Translations under genes and position numbers: made by a program | NCBI GenBank assembly: GCA_012026655.1 | Contig: JAAILG010000360.1 | Span: forward strand, 1-64,000 | Direction: 5' to 3' | Origin: Hydrolagus affinis | Taxonomy: Eukaryota | Length of the DNA stretch: 64,000 nt | Notes under the pieces: generated by a model | The model's input: only the letters and a program-made list of their open reading frames with translations | Told to the model about the DNA's origin: nothing | Databases searched by the model: none | In this document: one piece after another, positions 36,126 through 49,768 of the stretch | How positions within the stretch are numbered: the first letter of the stretch is position 1 | How the letters are laid out: every line of letters begins with the position of its first letter

Positions 36126-38428
36126 GTGAGGACTTCAGTGACAGCTGAAGAGGATCTCTTAAAATAACACTGGTATTGCCTCAAAAAAAAAACACCTCCG
36201 CGAGTTATATCTCAAATAAGAAATGGTTTGCTATTTTTGCAAGACGGTATCTTTCGAGGAATGTTTAACGGTTTGCAAGGAAATCCTCTAGTTGTTTGGT
36301 CGCCTTTTTTTTGAATTAGGAATACGGTGTCTTCAAATACAAATCGTGGGAATTGCTTGGAAAATACAGTATCTTTCAGATTCCTTTTCACAATTGTCCC
36401 CCCCCCCCCCACCACCTTTAAAAAGAAATGAGTTCGACGGATGGATTAAATGTTCTTCAGTGTACAGAAAGGAAATTTAATTTCACTGAGTCATTCTGCC
36501 AAAAACCTTTCCATGGTACAATTTTGCAGCCCCTTATTCTATCAGAAAAAATACATGACCTCACATTTTGGTTACATTTAACAGCATCTGCCATATTTCT
36601 GCCCATTCGCCTGATCACCACCACCATGTAACACAACTCCTGGCGAGTAGTTTACAGGCCACTGCATCACTGCTGCTAATGTCATTAATTCACCAGACTG
36701 CAATAAGGCATGATTTAAAATAGGTCAACCTCCGTAACATAAGATTTCTCCCTTTTTACAATCGTTCTCTTCAACCTTGAAAGGAAAAATAAAATCCATC
36801 CACCAGACCAACTGCAAACCGATGATACGAATCAAGCTGAAAAATTATTGAGTTTCAATGGCACGCAGCCCTGGAACTCAATCCTTTTTCTCTTAAAAGA
36901 TTGGAATCAAATGATCAACAGCTTGAATTGTTCCCCCCATTAATATCATGTCCTCACGGCAAGCAACGGCATAGCCAAGTGAGTCCAACTGTCTACGTGT
37001 CCAACTTTACACAGCAATCCAAGAAGGTACTGACTGGGGTATGAACCACAGGCAAGTCACCCAGGGAACATTAAAAGAACATTAAAGAAATGACAGCAGC
37101 AATAACCTGCCGACCTGAAGTTTTTTGTCCTATAAACATGGCTGCTGAGACACTGAACCTTTGGTGATATTTCCCTGTGTTTCTTTTATGCCCAAGGTTC
37201 ATTTTCAGTTGGCTTTTTATCCTTTTGGTTGCAGCAGGTCTCAAGAAACTGCAGTCTCCCCAAGCGTGCTATTTTCAAGAGCCTTCATTTCACACACTGC
37301 AATAAAAGTTGCATTGGAACTTGTGTGTTTCCTTTATGGGGCTCGGTTATATACTTTGGCATCTTAGCGATGCAAAAATCTACTGCCAGCATGTAAAGCA
37401 AGCCTGCCAACCGCAGGTGAGCTGAACCTCTGTACTGTGTATCCCACTAGCTCAGTTATTCTGTTTCAGTAATACACGCGGTTAAAAATGACAACAACAA
37501 ATTACATTTGCACAGCGCCTTGCACATTAGAATGATGTTCCAAGGCGGTGGGAACAAGGGTGGAGGGGGAGGTGGGGGGGGGTGGGCTGTAAAGAGAAAA
37601 GTGAGACTTGGTAATAGTGCACTGATTTTTAACACATTGCAGATTATTCTTTGCTGCCAACCAATGTAGGCTTCCATCCAGCTGTTAACTTCGCTGAAAA
37701 ATAAATAAGAGCATAAGTAGGTTTTGTCATTGGAATGAACAGTCCTATATACATCGACATGGCTCTAGGATTAGTGGGACTGAAAGGGAACTGTGTAAAT
37801 GATTAATTTAGGTGTTGCACAGAACTTTCTTTAACATTGCTGGTGACACAAATTTACTTTTTCCTCTGTATTGACCGCCCGGTTACTGGTAATTCTGCAG
37901 ATGTCCGTAGAAGTGCCTACAAAATACTAAGATTTTAAAAACAAAAAAATGAGGGGTGACATTCATAAAACTCAAGATTGTTCAATTGTTCTTTATTTCA
38001 AATATTGGATAAATTCATAAATGTGGATTTCCCATACATCAGGCATCAACCAGTAAATTACGGATTGATTAATAAATGGACAAGTTAAGATAACAAATAT
38101 AAATATGTGTACAATAGTGTCCATTTAAACATTGTCTGTAGGGTATTAAACAGTGTACCAGTCCAGATATCATACAGAGCAAAAAAAAATGCACTGTTTG
38201 ATTTCATGATCAAATGCTTCTAAAGATTTGATTTTGCTTGTCCCTGTGTTGTACTTTCAAAGATGTATTGCAGTTCCCTGACAGGCCACTGGAGAGAGAG
38301 CAAGATAGGACCACAAAGTGTTTCGTAAGAGGATCACAAATGTTGGGATTCAGTACTTGACAGACAGTGCCGGACAGACAGTGCTGGGCTGTGAAGTTGA
38401 TGTAAAATAAATCTGATCAGATCCCAGT

Positions 38429-38608
38429 ATAATAATAATCCTTGCATTTGATATAGCGCCTCTCACGTCTTCTAGACGTCTCAAAGCATTGCACAGAATA
38501 TGCTGTAAAGTGGATTGATTGTATGTTTGTGGGCGAAACGGGGCAGCCAATTGCACACAGCAGTGTCCCACAAACAGTCGTGGATTGAAGTGACCAATTT
38601 TTTTTTCC
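38429..38608 (-). mobile_element. DeuSINE 3' half
   Basis: Core and tail on the minus strand. Confidence 0.8.
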
Positions 38609-38619
38609 AATATTGCTGT

Positions 38620-38843
38620 GTAAAATAACCTGACTACATTTCAGTTGTCGATTGGCTGGTCACTTTCCCGAGGTAATAATCCCTCCAAAAGTAAACTTTA
38701 GAAAATGGTCATCCAATCCAGAATTTGTGGGTCACTGCTGTGTGCAATTATGCGTGCAATCAATCCACTTTACAGTATATCCTATGAAGCACATTATCTC
38801 CACGACGTGATAATATCATATCAAATACAAGCATTATTATTAT
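38620..38843 (+). mobile_element. DeuSINE 3' half, inverted relative to its neighbour
   Basis: Core and tail on the plus strand. Confidence 0.75.
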
Positions 38844-40739
38844 AATTATCTTTAAAGATCAGTTTGATTAGGTGGGTTTACGGCAAACCAAACTTTACTA
38901 TTTATGCAAACTATCTGTTATACAATACTGATTATAAGGGTGAACTGGATCCCAAATTTCTTTTCAATAGCCCAATTTTTACAAAAGTTTTGAGTGAAAT
39001 TGATTCAATTGAAACAATTATCCAATTGGCATGGACTAGTCCAATTTGTTCACATATACGCTCTATGTAAATCTATGACTTCAATTGTCCGCATTTTAGA
39101 CTATCGCTAACGTCAGTCACATAGAGTAGAGTATATATTTTTTTGGCAGCGCTGGCCTTTCAGAAACCTTGCATGAATTGGAATAGGATCTGTTACATAA
39201 TCATGAAATATGTTATAGGTGACATGGAAAGAGCGTCAATAATTTTGAGCTCGGGCGATTAAAAAAAACAGAGGAGTGTTCACTTCTATCCAAACGTTTT
39301 TATATATGATTTCATATAAAAATGATACAATTTTATACCCAATGGATATATTCTTCTATTTTCCGTTGTGTGTGTTTGCCAGGAGCAAGATGTTCAGTAT
39401 CGTATGTGTGAGACATTTTATTTTTTCACATGTGATGGATGCTTGCTTGGATGTTCCTCTGAAATCCTCTTTCCCCCCTGCTGCTCCTGGCATTTATTGT
39501 ATAACATTACACATGGAAAATAATATTGTCTTTGGTTACCGTAGAAACGTAAATAAAAAGCTGTTCAAAGGTGTTATTGTAAAATGTTAAAAATAAAAAA
39601 ATGTTACAGGATTTTTCCTTTTTGGCTAACTCCGAATCTGAATTGAAATCGACTGCAATGAAATGCATGTTGTGTTGCCATGAGAAATAATATGCTTTTC
39701 AAACAATGTGCAGAAATGACATAATCGACTTTGCCATGTTTTGAAAATAATATCTTGTTTTTTCTTGCGGATAAAAAAAAGGTCTGACTGAGGATTGAAT
39801 TAACAGGCATATCTGAATTAACAACGTTAGTACTTCAGTTTTCCTTGGCTTCAGTGACATTTCCAAGCTGGTTAGCCAATGCTTCAAATAAAAATACAGC
39901 AAAACAGGAGAAGCACTCAATTAGACTATTCAACAGGGGATGTACAGGTCACATTGACTCAGACATAGCGTGACTTTGCTCTGCAGAATGTTAGTCTTAC
40001 ACAATTGAAGATGAATATTTGAGTCTGATATGTGGATTGAAGTGCCGTTGTCATCCTCTAGATGTCTCCCCAATGCAATGGGCCAAGCATCTAACTTCTG
40101 TACCATATTATGGTCTGAGTATTGGATTTAGCCTTCAGTAAATTCCATGTGTCTGTTCACTGCAATAGATCAAATTGAATTTGTTTGTTTTTTTGTAAAC
40201 TATAGAACAACTGGGCAATATTTTAAAAATCTAATATCTTAATTGTAAATTCCCTTCTTATCATCTCTGAAAACCGATTCTTTTTTTTTCTAAATAGACC
40301 AAAGTACAGAACATTTAATTGAAAATTAAATGTTAAACATATCAGCGTAAATCTTGTGAAGTTGGACTCGGGAAGTTCAGTTCAAATTGAAAAGCAGTTT
40401 GTCCTTAGAAATGATACCATCGCCTGCAGACTGACCCTCGATTTGAAAGTTTGTCTGTGAGAGTCCAGCATTTTAACAAAGCAAAGAGTCTGTTTATGGC
40501 AATTATATCAAGAGTCAGAGTAAACTGAAGTGTGACTAATAATAATGGTGGTATCATTTAGTTATGGTCTATTTGATGCGTGTTTTAATTAAACAGTAAG
40601 CAAGTGCGTCGTGTTTTGTACCATCTAAATACTATTTCTCTCAATTTAGGCACGGGAATTAGAACCTGTGGTTCAGACGTTGATGTATCTATTGAGGTTT
40701 TCTCCCAGTAAAACAACTTCTTTTTATGGCCCCTTTCAG

Positions 40740-40873
40740 TGGCGTGATTGCCAAGTCGGGCGGAGCGGTTCGTGTTCAGAAATTAGAAGGAAAATCAAAC
40801 TATAGTTCTTCACTCGCCAATGGAGTGCAATCTCTTTCACTCACTCAATGGATCGGCTCATTTTCGGTCTCCG
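40740..40873 (+). CDS. COCH: COCH LCCL exon (GVIAKSGGAVRVQKLEGKSNYSSSLANGVQSLSLTQWIGSFSVS)
   Basis: 134 nt, phase 2 to 1, LCCL C-terminal NG..S...W..SF motif. Confidence 0.97.
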
Positions 40874-41290
40874 GTAGGTGGTGATGTTTTCTTCCCCAGA
40901 CCTTCAGATCATTCAATGGACAAGTGATATGCACACACACCTTCACACTCCAGCTGTGCTTTAACTAGATATCTACAGTATATATTTTAAAAGGAACTAT
41001 GCGTTATCATCAGTGAAAAGACATCACTTAGTAATCCACACACACTCATACAGATGGCTGGCTACTATCAATCATACCATTCACCAAGTAGTTAGACTGT
41101 AAATCACAGAAATGTATTTTAGAATTTAAACTTGTATTTTATAAAGACATATCGAGGGAAGCAAATGTCGTCCCAAGTAGACTTAATGAGATGGACTCAC
41201 GAGGTAAAGGTATTTCAGTCAGATGAAAACTGCCACTTGACGTATTTCTTTTAGTTGGACACTGAACTGTGACTTTAATTGGTTCTGCAG

Positions 41291-41353
41291 AGGCCCAGAC
41301 GACAGCCCTTGAAGTATCTGGCCCCCCAAGAGCAACAACAGTTCCAGCTTCAG
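41291..41353 (+). CDS. COCH: COCH linker exon (EAQTTALEVSGPPRATTVPAS)
   Basis: 63 nt, phase 1 to 1, AG/GT, S/T/P-rich. Confidence 0.85.
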
Positions 41354-41867
41354 GTCAGTGATGTTTCACTTCAAATTCCATGATCTCTCATCTCTCAGCC
41401 ATCCCTAAATAGTAATTTAGGAACATTGCCGTTTGATCAAACAATTCATCTGGAATTGAATGTATCCACGTTGAATATTTATCTTAAATAATATTTTTTC
41501 TTCAGCCCTAGTACAATGTCAATAAAGTCTAGCAGAAGTTAGGTTCACAGGGATTTTTATCCAGTTTTAACGGGCTGTCAGGAAACATTGCCCTTTGCTC
41601 CTGGATTTGGTACATCCACAGCTGTGCAGACGAGTGGATTGAATGAGGATTATCTGCTCCTTGCCAGAGTTCACCAACTACAGATCTGTCAGTGCGAAAT
41701 CCATGAGCAAAGCTGCGCCACATCAGTTCTGGTGCCTCTACCGGACCTTCACATGGAGGCCAGGAAAGGAAATAGCTGTCATAGTTTGTTAATTCTGTTT
41801 CTGTACATCCTCTCAAACTATAGTAATGCATCGCAAGTAACCAGTGTCCTTTGTTGGAATATTTTAG

Positions 41868-41921
41868 CAAAAAAGTCAAAGAAAAGATTTGGGAAAACCC
41901 ACTCAGCACGTGGAAACAAGG
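41868..41921 (+). CDS. COCH: COCH basic linker exon (AKKSKKRFGKTHSARGNK)
   Basis: 54 nt, phase 1 to 1; ends GNK as in cochlin. Confidence 0.88.
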
Positions 41922-42008
41922 GTAAGGATTCCGACTTTCTTTTTAAGGCTGTATGTTTCAAAACTTGACGATCTAACAGATTGGAGAATAATCCATTTTC
42001 TACCACAG

Positions 42009-42156
42009 AATGCAAAGCTGATATTGTCTTCTTGCTCGATGGAAGCTGGAACCTTGGTAAACGCAGGTTCAACTTGCAGAAGAACTTTGTCATTCGGATT
42101 GCTCAGTTGCTTGGCATTGGACCAGAGGGACCCCTTGTGGGAATGGTACAAATCAG
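42009..42156 (+). CDS. COCH: COCH vWA1 exon ([28 protein letters not shown]..)
   Basis: 148 nt, vWA FLLDGS motif and cochlin [10 protein letters not shown]. Confidence 0.97.
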
Positions 42157-42586
42157 GTAAACAGAAGTAGAGTAAGACAACGTGGAATCTCTTATTCTGT
42201 CGCTGACTACCTCTTCTTGTGATATTATAGGTGCTTGCCTTCGATCCAGCAGATGCAGTAATTTCACCCTAAAAAGAGAAAAAATTGTAACTTTAGCCAC
42301 TGATTCTGATCTTGCCATACGAGGTGGAGAAAATATATAATACTGTATGCTAAAGGCCGACATACATTGTGTATCTATCCCAGATACAGTGTGGAACTAA
42401 CCGCTTCGACCAATTGATCAGAACTATTTATTCGGACTAAAATTAAGTCTGTTTCTTCTCCTGTTTCTTCACCAACGTTGATGGTGAACGTACAAAGCAG
42501 AGCCTATTTTTTTTTTAAAAAGTGTTACAACTAATCACAAGAGTGTTGTTCCCATACCTGCCTTTGTGTTCTTTATGTTCATGTAG

Positions 42587-42690
42587 TGATAACCCTAGAA
42601 GTGAGTTTAGTCTCAAGAACTTCACAACCTCAAAATATGTCATTGGTGCCATCAAAAATGTAACCTTCAAAGGAGGGAATGCAAATGTCG
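42587..42690 (+). CDS. COCH: COCH vWA1 exon (SDNPRSEFSLKNFTTSKYVIGAIKNVTFKGGNANV)
   Basis: 104 nt, phase 2 to 1. Confidence 0.96.
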
Positions 42691-43797
42691 GTGAGTCCCG
42701 CTTTAAGATAAGTCTTTATATATCCTCACCTTTTTATACCTGTGTGTTTCAAGGGATCTTTGATTGCTCCTAGTGTGGAGTGGCTAACCCACTCTGCCAT
42801 TAACTGCTTCAACCCCACTCCATGCAAGTCCATGTGGATGCTTGGCATTGGACCAACACTATCTGTACCCATTGCCAACATAACCGTTGGAGACAGTGAC
42901 CCAGTCACCCATGCAGTACATAAAAGTGATCCCTTCTACCACAGGTACATGAATGTAATGTTTGAGTAGCAGGGTGGAATGCGTGGCTGAAACAACATTT
43001 TCTTTCCCTCCTCACAATGCACAGGTACTCGATATAACTTCGGCAAAACAAGAGCCATATTGTTTGCGGATGATGTTTCAATTAGATTTAGTTGCTTAAT
43101 GCATGTTCCTTGTACTGTACCTCATTCCACCATGCTTTATTTATTTTCTCCCATTGGATTCGACCACAGCATCCACTGCTCTCTAATAGAGGAGCTTCCC
43201 TGCCCTATGGTAACGACAGCCTAACCAGCTCTTGGGAAGTGTACATGTTGTGTACACTATGATTCCCCCCCTGGGGACATCCTCTCTGTTTGGTACTTGT
43301 TGCGTCTAGTCCAGCTGTAGCAAAGAACTTACTGTTTGAGGAGATATGCTGTTGCTACACTGCACAATACTTTAGGTAAATGATTTGATTTATATTAGAG
43401 CTTCTATAGATTGTAGGAAGGTAAGATCCCCAGTCTTAATGTCCTGGGAAACATTGAGTAAGAATAGCTGACCACATGGATGATTTTTTGATTTAAGAAC
43501 AGTTTAAAGGGAAAAAATTAATTAACAGTTAGATTGTTTTTATTTTAGGGGATGATGTTCAGCAAGACGGAAGTGTGATTTAATAGGTCTTGTCTTCTGT
43601 GAGTGGTACCTGTTTCTTGGTCCCCAAGTACAGGAGGCATTGGCATAAATCTGGAACAGATGGAAACATGGTTGGTGGGGGGACTGGGTGGGGGAGTTGT
43701 GTGTGTGGAGGAGGGAATTGATTGAAAGTGTTCCTTGTGTGAGAGTTTCCGGAACTATTCTCAGAAATCCATTGAAAGTGTTGACTTCATGCACCAG

Positions 43798-44024
43798 GTA
43801 AAGCATTAATCTACACATCGGAAACCTTTTTCACTCGTGAGAAAGGCATTCGTGCCGGATATCCAAAGATTGTCATTATTCTGGTGGACGGGTGGCCCGC
43901 AGACAATATGGATGAAGCTGCACATCTGGCCAAAAAATCCGGTATCAATGTTTTCATTGTCTCCATTGCAAAGCCCCTTCCTGAAGAGCAGAAGATGGTC
44001 TTAGATCCCGATTACATTGAAAAG
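43798..44024 (+). CDS. COCH: COCH vWA1 exon (GKALIYTSETFF..PKIVIILVDGWPADN..SGINVFIVSIAKP..IEK)
   Basis: 227 nt, phase 1 to 0. Confidence 0.97.
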
Positions 44025-44401
44025 GTAAGAGTAGTTCACTGGCTGCTCTTCAAATAAGAGTACAGAATTGGCGTCCATTGCTTTCTTCTTAAATTCTGCA
44101 TCAACTGGACCACAAATACACATGTTTGTGTTAATTAAGTGTCTGCATCAAAATGTTTGAATTAAAATTGGTTATCCAGTGGGTGTTGTTTAATATAATT
44201 CTAGATATACCAGTTTTGTGGTGATACTGTAGATTTAGCTTTACCCCCATTACATCTAGACCAGACATTGTCTGTGGCCTCAGCACTTAATTTCTCAAAC
44301 ACCCAGATGAAGTTGTCTTGCACAAGAATGTCTCACTGTGGCAACCGTGAATTGGTTTGACTTGTTTGTTTCTCTTCCTCTCCTTTTCTCTCTCCCACCA
44401 G

Positions 44402-44915
44402 AGTGTTTGTAGGAACAATGGATTATTTTCTTACAATATCCCAAACTGGTTTGGCATGTACAAATACATCAAACCTTTAGCGCAAAGAATGTGTTCCTTC
44501 GAGCAGATGGTTTGCAGTAGAACATGCTTCAATTCGGTCAATGTAGGTTTCCTCATCGATGGATCGAGCAGTGTTGGCGATACCAACTACCAAATGGTTC
44601 TGCACTTTGTGGCTGAAATCGTGAAAGCTTTCGACGTTTATGAAATCGGGGCAAGAATCGGGGCTGTGCAGTTCACGTACGAGCAGAGAACTGAATTTGA
44701 ATTCGAGCAATATTTGACGAGGGAAGATGTCCTCGCTGGGGTCAGCCGTATCCGTTACTGGAGCGGAGGCACAGCCACTGGTGAAGCGCTCACTTACGCC
44801 ACAAAGAATTTGTTTGGCAAAGTCAAGAACAACAACATGAAGGTGCTGATTGTTATCACTGATGGACAATCCTACGATGATGTGAGGGGTCCAGCTGCTG
44901 TGGCTCACCAGTCAG
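44402..44915 (+). CDS. COCH: COCH linker 2 / vWA2 exon ([31 protein letters not shown]..)
   Basis: 514 nt; intact MIDAS DGSSS/T/D; lies within ORF 44357-44929. Confidence 0.98.
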
Positions 44916-44949
44916 GTAACATCTGTTAAAGGCAATAGAATCCTCTCCT

Positions 44950-45150
44950 AATAATAATAATCCCTGCATTTGATAGAGCGAATTGAAGCGAATTGGCTAT
45001 ATATATGTTGGAGAAACGTAGCAGCCAATTGTGCACAGCAATGTCCCACAGAGTCGTGGATTGAAATGACCGATTTATTATTTTTTTTAAAAAATGATTA
45101 TTATTGGGGGCGTGTGAAGTAAGGAAACTTACTAAGGTTTCCCTGCCAGG
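44950..45150 (-). mobile_element. DeuSINE fragment
   Basis: Deu core on the minus strand. Confidence 0.7.
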
Positions 45151-45857
45151 GTGAGATAGGGACAGTAAGAAATACGATCCTTCCAATAAAATCAAACACA
45201 TCTGTGCCCAATAGACAACCTTGTCTGAATCTTTAATAAGGAAATTGGAAATATATCAATGCAGGTCATAGGTGCTATGCTCTAAATTGATTTACATTAA
45301 GGGGGACGTTTCTGTGTTTCTGCAGAACTTGTGAGACATACTTCCAGTTGCCAGGAATTCATATTCCCTTATTAAAGAATCCAGTTAGAAATTGTTGCAT
45401 TATACCACTCCTGGTTCACAATCATATAGTATACTGTATATATTTTTTTGTTCATTCTCTGCTGTGTCATTGGCTGGTTGAAGTGGTTTGTTCCTGAAGA
45501 TTTGAGAATACAAACTTGAAGTTTATTTCCCGTGCAGTTTCCCTCGTGTTATTCTGGAAGCACCTAGCTCTATTGCCTCCATTGAATAGCAAGGTACAGA
45601 TTGGGAAGTTCCCATGAGGGAAATCTGGAAATGGTTTGGATCCTGGCATCATCCAGAGCCGCAATGATCGAACGTAAACTATTGGAGATTAGATTAGGGC
45701 TGTTAAATTCCTGGGTTAAGGAAGTCTACAATCAGCTCCAGTAAAAAATGTTTGCAAGGAGTGGAGGAGCATGTTTTAGAAGAGTGTTTTTTCACACTGA
45801 GCTGTTAATATTTGTTGCTGATCTCTTCTTTTAAAAAACATCAACGTTGTTTTACAG

Positions 45858-46033
45858 GTATCACAATATTTTCTGTTGGCATTTCATGGGCAATAGAAGC
45901 AGAACTCAAAGCAATAGCCTCCGAGCCCAAAGAATCCCACTCTTTCTTTGTGCGAGATTTCCCAATGGTCAACAAGCTTGTACCTGACATCATCAAAGGC
46001 ATTTGCACAGATTATTCAGCAACACAGCAGTGA
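45858..46033 (+). CDS. COCH: COCH terminal coding exon (GITIFSVGISWA..ASEPKESHSFF..KGICTDYSATQQ*)
   Basis: 176 nt to TGA; coding exons sum to 1665 nt (554 aa + stop). Confidence 0.97.
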
Positions 46034-46910
46034 AGCAGTGGAAACCTCCACTTGTTATCCAAAGAGAAGAAATTGCCTTAGTGTCAACATATTAAACCTC
46101 TTATGACAATACTAACAAACATGCTAGTGCAACAATTTTGTAGAAACGTAGACCCAACTAATATACAGAACTGCATGTGCTTTTCTACTACTATACAGAT
46201 TATCCAACAGGAAAGAGAAGTCTTGTTTTCCAAGATACGATGGAAGAAGATACCTTTATATCACAGCTTGTTTATGTTTAATACATTTAACAAAATTGAA
46301 ATTACTGGTTTAGTCAGTGATCCATCAAAAAGTATTGTGTTGGCTATTTCATTTTGGTGACAAGTAACCTCAGCTAAAAACTGCCAATGTAAAATGGAAA
46401 TTTATGTGTCTTAAATATGCACCATTTGCCAAAATGTTGTTTATAAGTTAATTTGCAAATTTAAAATGAAATGAATCCGCAGAGTATTATGAGATTTGAT
46501 TGAGTAAGTAAGTAGGACAATGTATTTTTTCTATGGATTTAATCATGGGTAATTCAGAACAATTGCAATTGTATTGTTTTTTGTTAAACAGAAAAGGAGC
46601 CTGAGGAGCTGATGTTCAAGTGCAGAAGAAATAAAACACAGCACTAAGCAGCCCCAGGAACTGAGCACTGTTTTACACTCAGTATACATCACTATTTGTT
46701 GTACACTATTAATAATAATAATCACATTCTATGTGAAGCAATTTTTTTTCTAAAAGCAATTTAATAGCTAAGGTGGCATGGTTTATTTTTCTTAGCACTG
46801 AAACTATGTAATTCCTATGTATGCTTTTGGAATAGGACTGGTTATATGTAAACTACATATGCAGCCAAACATCACAATAACCCAATTAATTGATTACTAA
46901 ATATGTTCAA

Positions 46911-46916
46911 AATAAA
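46911..46916 (+). terminator. Candidate COCH polyadenylation signal (alternative at 46630-46635)
   Basis: AATAAA followed by a downstream T-rich tract. Confidence 0.4.
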
Positions 46917-48771
46917 ATAAATTTGGTAGATTAAAGGAGCTGTACTTTTTTTTCTTATAAGGCAGATGTAATCAGGGCCATATATATGAAATTATTCTTT
47001 ATAGCACTGGAGAAGTAACTAATACTCATTAACACCCTCTCACAAAACATACAGTCACTACAGTATATTCTGTAAAGCACTTTGAGACATCTCAAAGACA
47101 TGATGAGGCACTATATCAAATGCAAGGTTTATTATTAAACATTCTGTAATAATCAGGAAACTATTTTCTAATTCTTTAATCTATATATTAATTTCACATC
47201 ACATTAGGATTTTTTAAGAGTTTGATATAGGAAGTTTGTATATATGTTCAGAGACCTATCTATATTTAAGAATGCATCATTTAGGTACAAATAAAGAATC
47301 AACCAAAAGGATGGGACACCAATATATACTGTATCCCATTTTATTTCATTTTGTGAATCCATCTCAGATTCAAAGTTAAACAAAAAAGGTAAAAAAAAAG
47401 GAATTACTATTTTTAGATTAAAAATGAAGGTAAGCAGTTTTGTTGTGGCTGTGACTGTTGAGTGAAAGCAAAGGAGTGGTTTTCTCAAAGTCATTTAGAA
47501 TTATAAAGAGAAGGATAGATACATGAGGATAAAAATATTAAAGGAGATGGTTTAAATGAGGGTGGTAGAAGTAGGGGAGATTATAGCTTGTGATGGAGCA
47601 TTTGATCAGCCGAATTATCTTCTGTTTCTAAATACTTTGATTCAAGTATTTGCATCTTGAGACAATAAAAATGAAAGGTGTTGACACATTTAGAATCCTG
47701 AACAATGACCCCTTTGTATTAAAAATCCAAATTATACATTAATTTGGTCCCAATAAAGATGGCTTGTATTTTTCTATTTACTTGACAACCAAACCATCGT
47801 AACTAAAAGTAAACAGAACTTAGTAAAGAGATTTTAATTGGGCTTTGGATAGATACTTGGACTGTGTTCCAAGTTGGCATTGAAGCAGGATATATACAGA
47901 TGTGCACAAACTCCAAATCCTGCAGCAAGCAAGCACATTCTACTTCAATGCTAGAACACATGCACTCCTGCCAGCATGACTGCTTTGATATAGCTGAGGA
48001 ATTTCTACATTGAGAGTTTGGTCCAAAGGACAATTTTCCCTTTAAAAAACAAACATTTGAATGTCTCCAAAGTAGACATCAACCTGAAAATGAGTGCTGT
48101 TTCCTCATAAGAAAAAACAATAAAATAATTTAATCAGAAACGCAATAAAATAGTAATTTAGAATAGAATACGAATGGTTTAGAACCGCAAGCCTAATCTA
48201 AAAAAAAGTATCAGCAATTGATGTAAACAATTTAAGGAAAGCTGTTTACCTGCTTCATGCCTTTTAAATGCTAATAGCTCTCTTGGATTCCACGTGCACA
48301 TTGATTTTTTAGTCAATTTGAAGTTGGAATTCGAAAGAGCTACTAACTTGGCATTTTATAAAGCAAAAGTAGGTAACTGCTTTCACTGAAGTAAGAGTGA
48401 AACCAAATTGTCTGCACAAATTAACAAATTAAAAAGATACATTTCTTTGAAAAAAAATCCTATCAGCTGCCAAGAGCAATAATTTGTCATAAACACTTCA
48501 ATGATCAACCTATATCAATACGTTTTAATTTATATTTTTAACTAAGTTTGCAAAAGGGAACTGTAATACAATAGAGAACAGTCGGTAAGGAGATAGCTTC
48601 CTGTCTGTTGAAGCCAACCAGAAACGTTTAACCAATCTTATTTAGTCAGTCTCAGATAGAATCATAGATCACTTAACAGTACACAAGGCCATTCCCAAGG
48701 CCTAATGTCTGTAGATTTCCCAGATTTTGTGGTAGATTTATTAAGTATCTTGTAATATTATTGGCTTAGGG

Positions 48772-49482
48772 CAGGATGGTCCAATCTTTTGGGCTGCTGA
48801 GGGCCAGATGCCGGATTTGAGAAACGTCAGTATGTTGCAAAATCAGTATTTTTGTCTTTCCCTTCTAGAAACATAACCCGTAAGAATCGTATAGAAATCC
48901 TGAGTTTTAAATTGTGTAACAGTATTAGTTAATTTTCACGATGCTTTAATTAAATGCAAACTTTAAATAGGAAATGTAAAAATTCATACAAATTTTAAAA
49001 TATAGCCAGTGACGAGGTATCGGTCTCTGTATTTCTGTCTCGGTATCTTTGTGTGTCTCTATCTCTTGCTGTTTGTATGTCTCCATCTGTCTGTGTCTCT
49101 CCATGTATCTCTTGCAATGTATGTATCTCTGTCTCTCTTTCCGTGTGTCTGCATCTCTCAGTTTGTATCGGTGTCTCTGTATCTCTCACTCAGTGTCTCC
49201 ATATCTTCTGGTCTGTATCTCTGTATTTCTCACTCTGTCTATATTTATTATATATATGTTATATATATGTATGTTTCTCTGTCTGTGGTCTTTTATCTCT
49301 CCTGTTACTTGTGTGAAAGTGACTGATAGGTCTACAACTAACCAGCACCTCTTACCACTGTTGTTTCCTGCTGGGTCAGCCCAACCTCAGCTCCAGACAC
49401 ACAGTGCAACTGGCCCGAGAACACATGGAATCAACCTCCTGGCCAAATGCAGCCCATAAGGCCGCCAGTTGGGACCACTCTG
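48772..49482. mobile_element. Degenerate hAT (Charlie-like) non-autonomous element with internal (CT/GT) low-complexity tract
   Basis: Ends CAGGATGGTCCAA / TTGGGACCACTCTG with GGGCC-type subterminal motifs; TSD not preserved. Confidence 0.5.
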
Positions 49483-49768
49483 GTTTAATTTCTTTAAAAC
49501 ATTAAAAAAAATTTAGCCAACAAGTCTTCAATGGCAAATACATATAAAACATGTGTCAGATTGGTGAAATGCATGGCTTACTGCCTATCACCTGGATACT
49601 TCATGAGTCAGAAAATCGCCTTTCAATACATTGCAAAGTCATTTTACAGGCAGAGAATAATCCTTCATTTTGCACCGCTTTATACATTTACCAAGATTGT
49701 ATATTTATAATAATGGAAAAATCATATGAACACAGCAGTTAAAATGATCAATTTATATATGAGAATTA

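Noticed and set aside
44477-44908. 143-aa minus-strand ORF
   Set aside because: Antisense shadow of the COCH vWA2 exon.
48995-49459. Overlapping C/L/S/V-rich ORFs
   Set aside because: Products of a low-complexity CT/GT tract inside a hAT relic.
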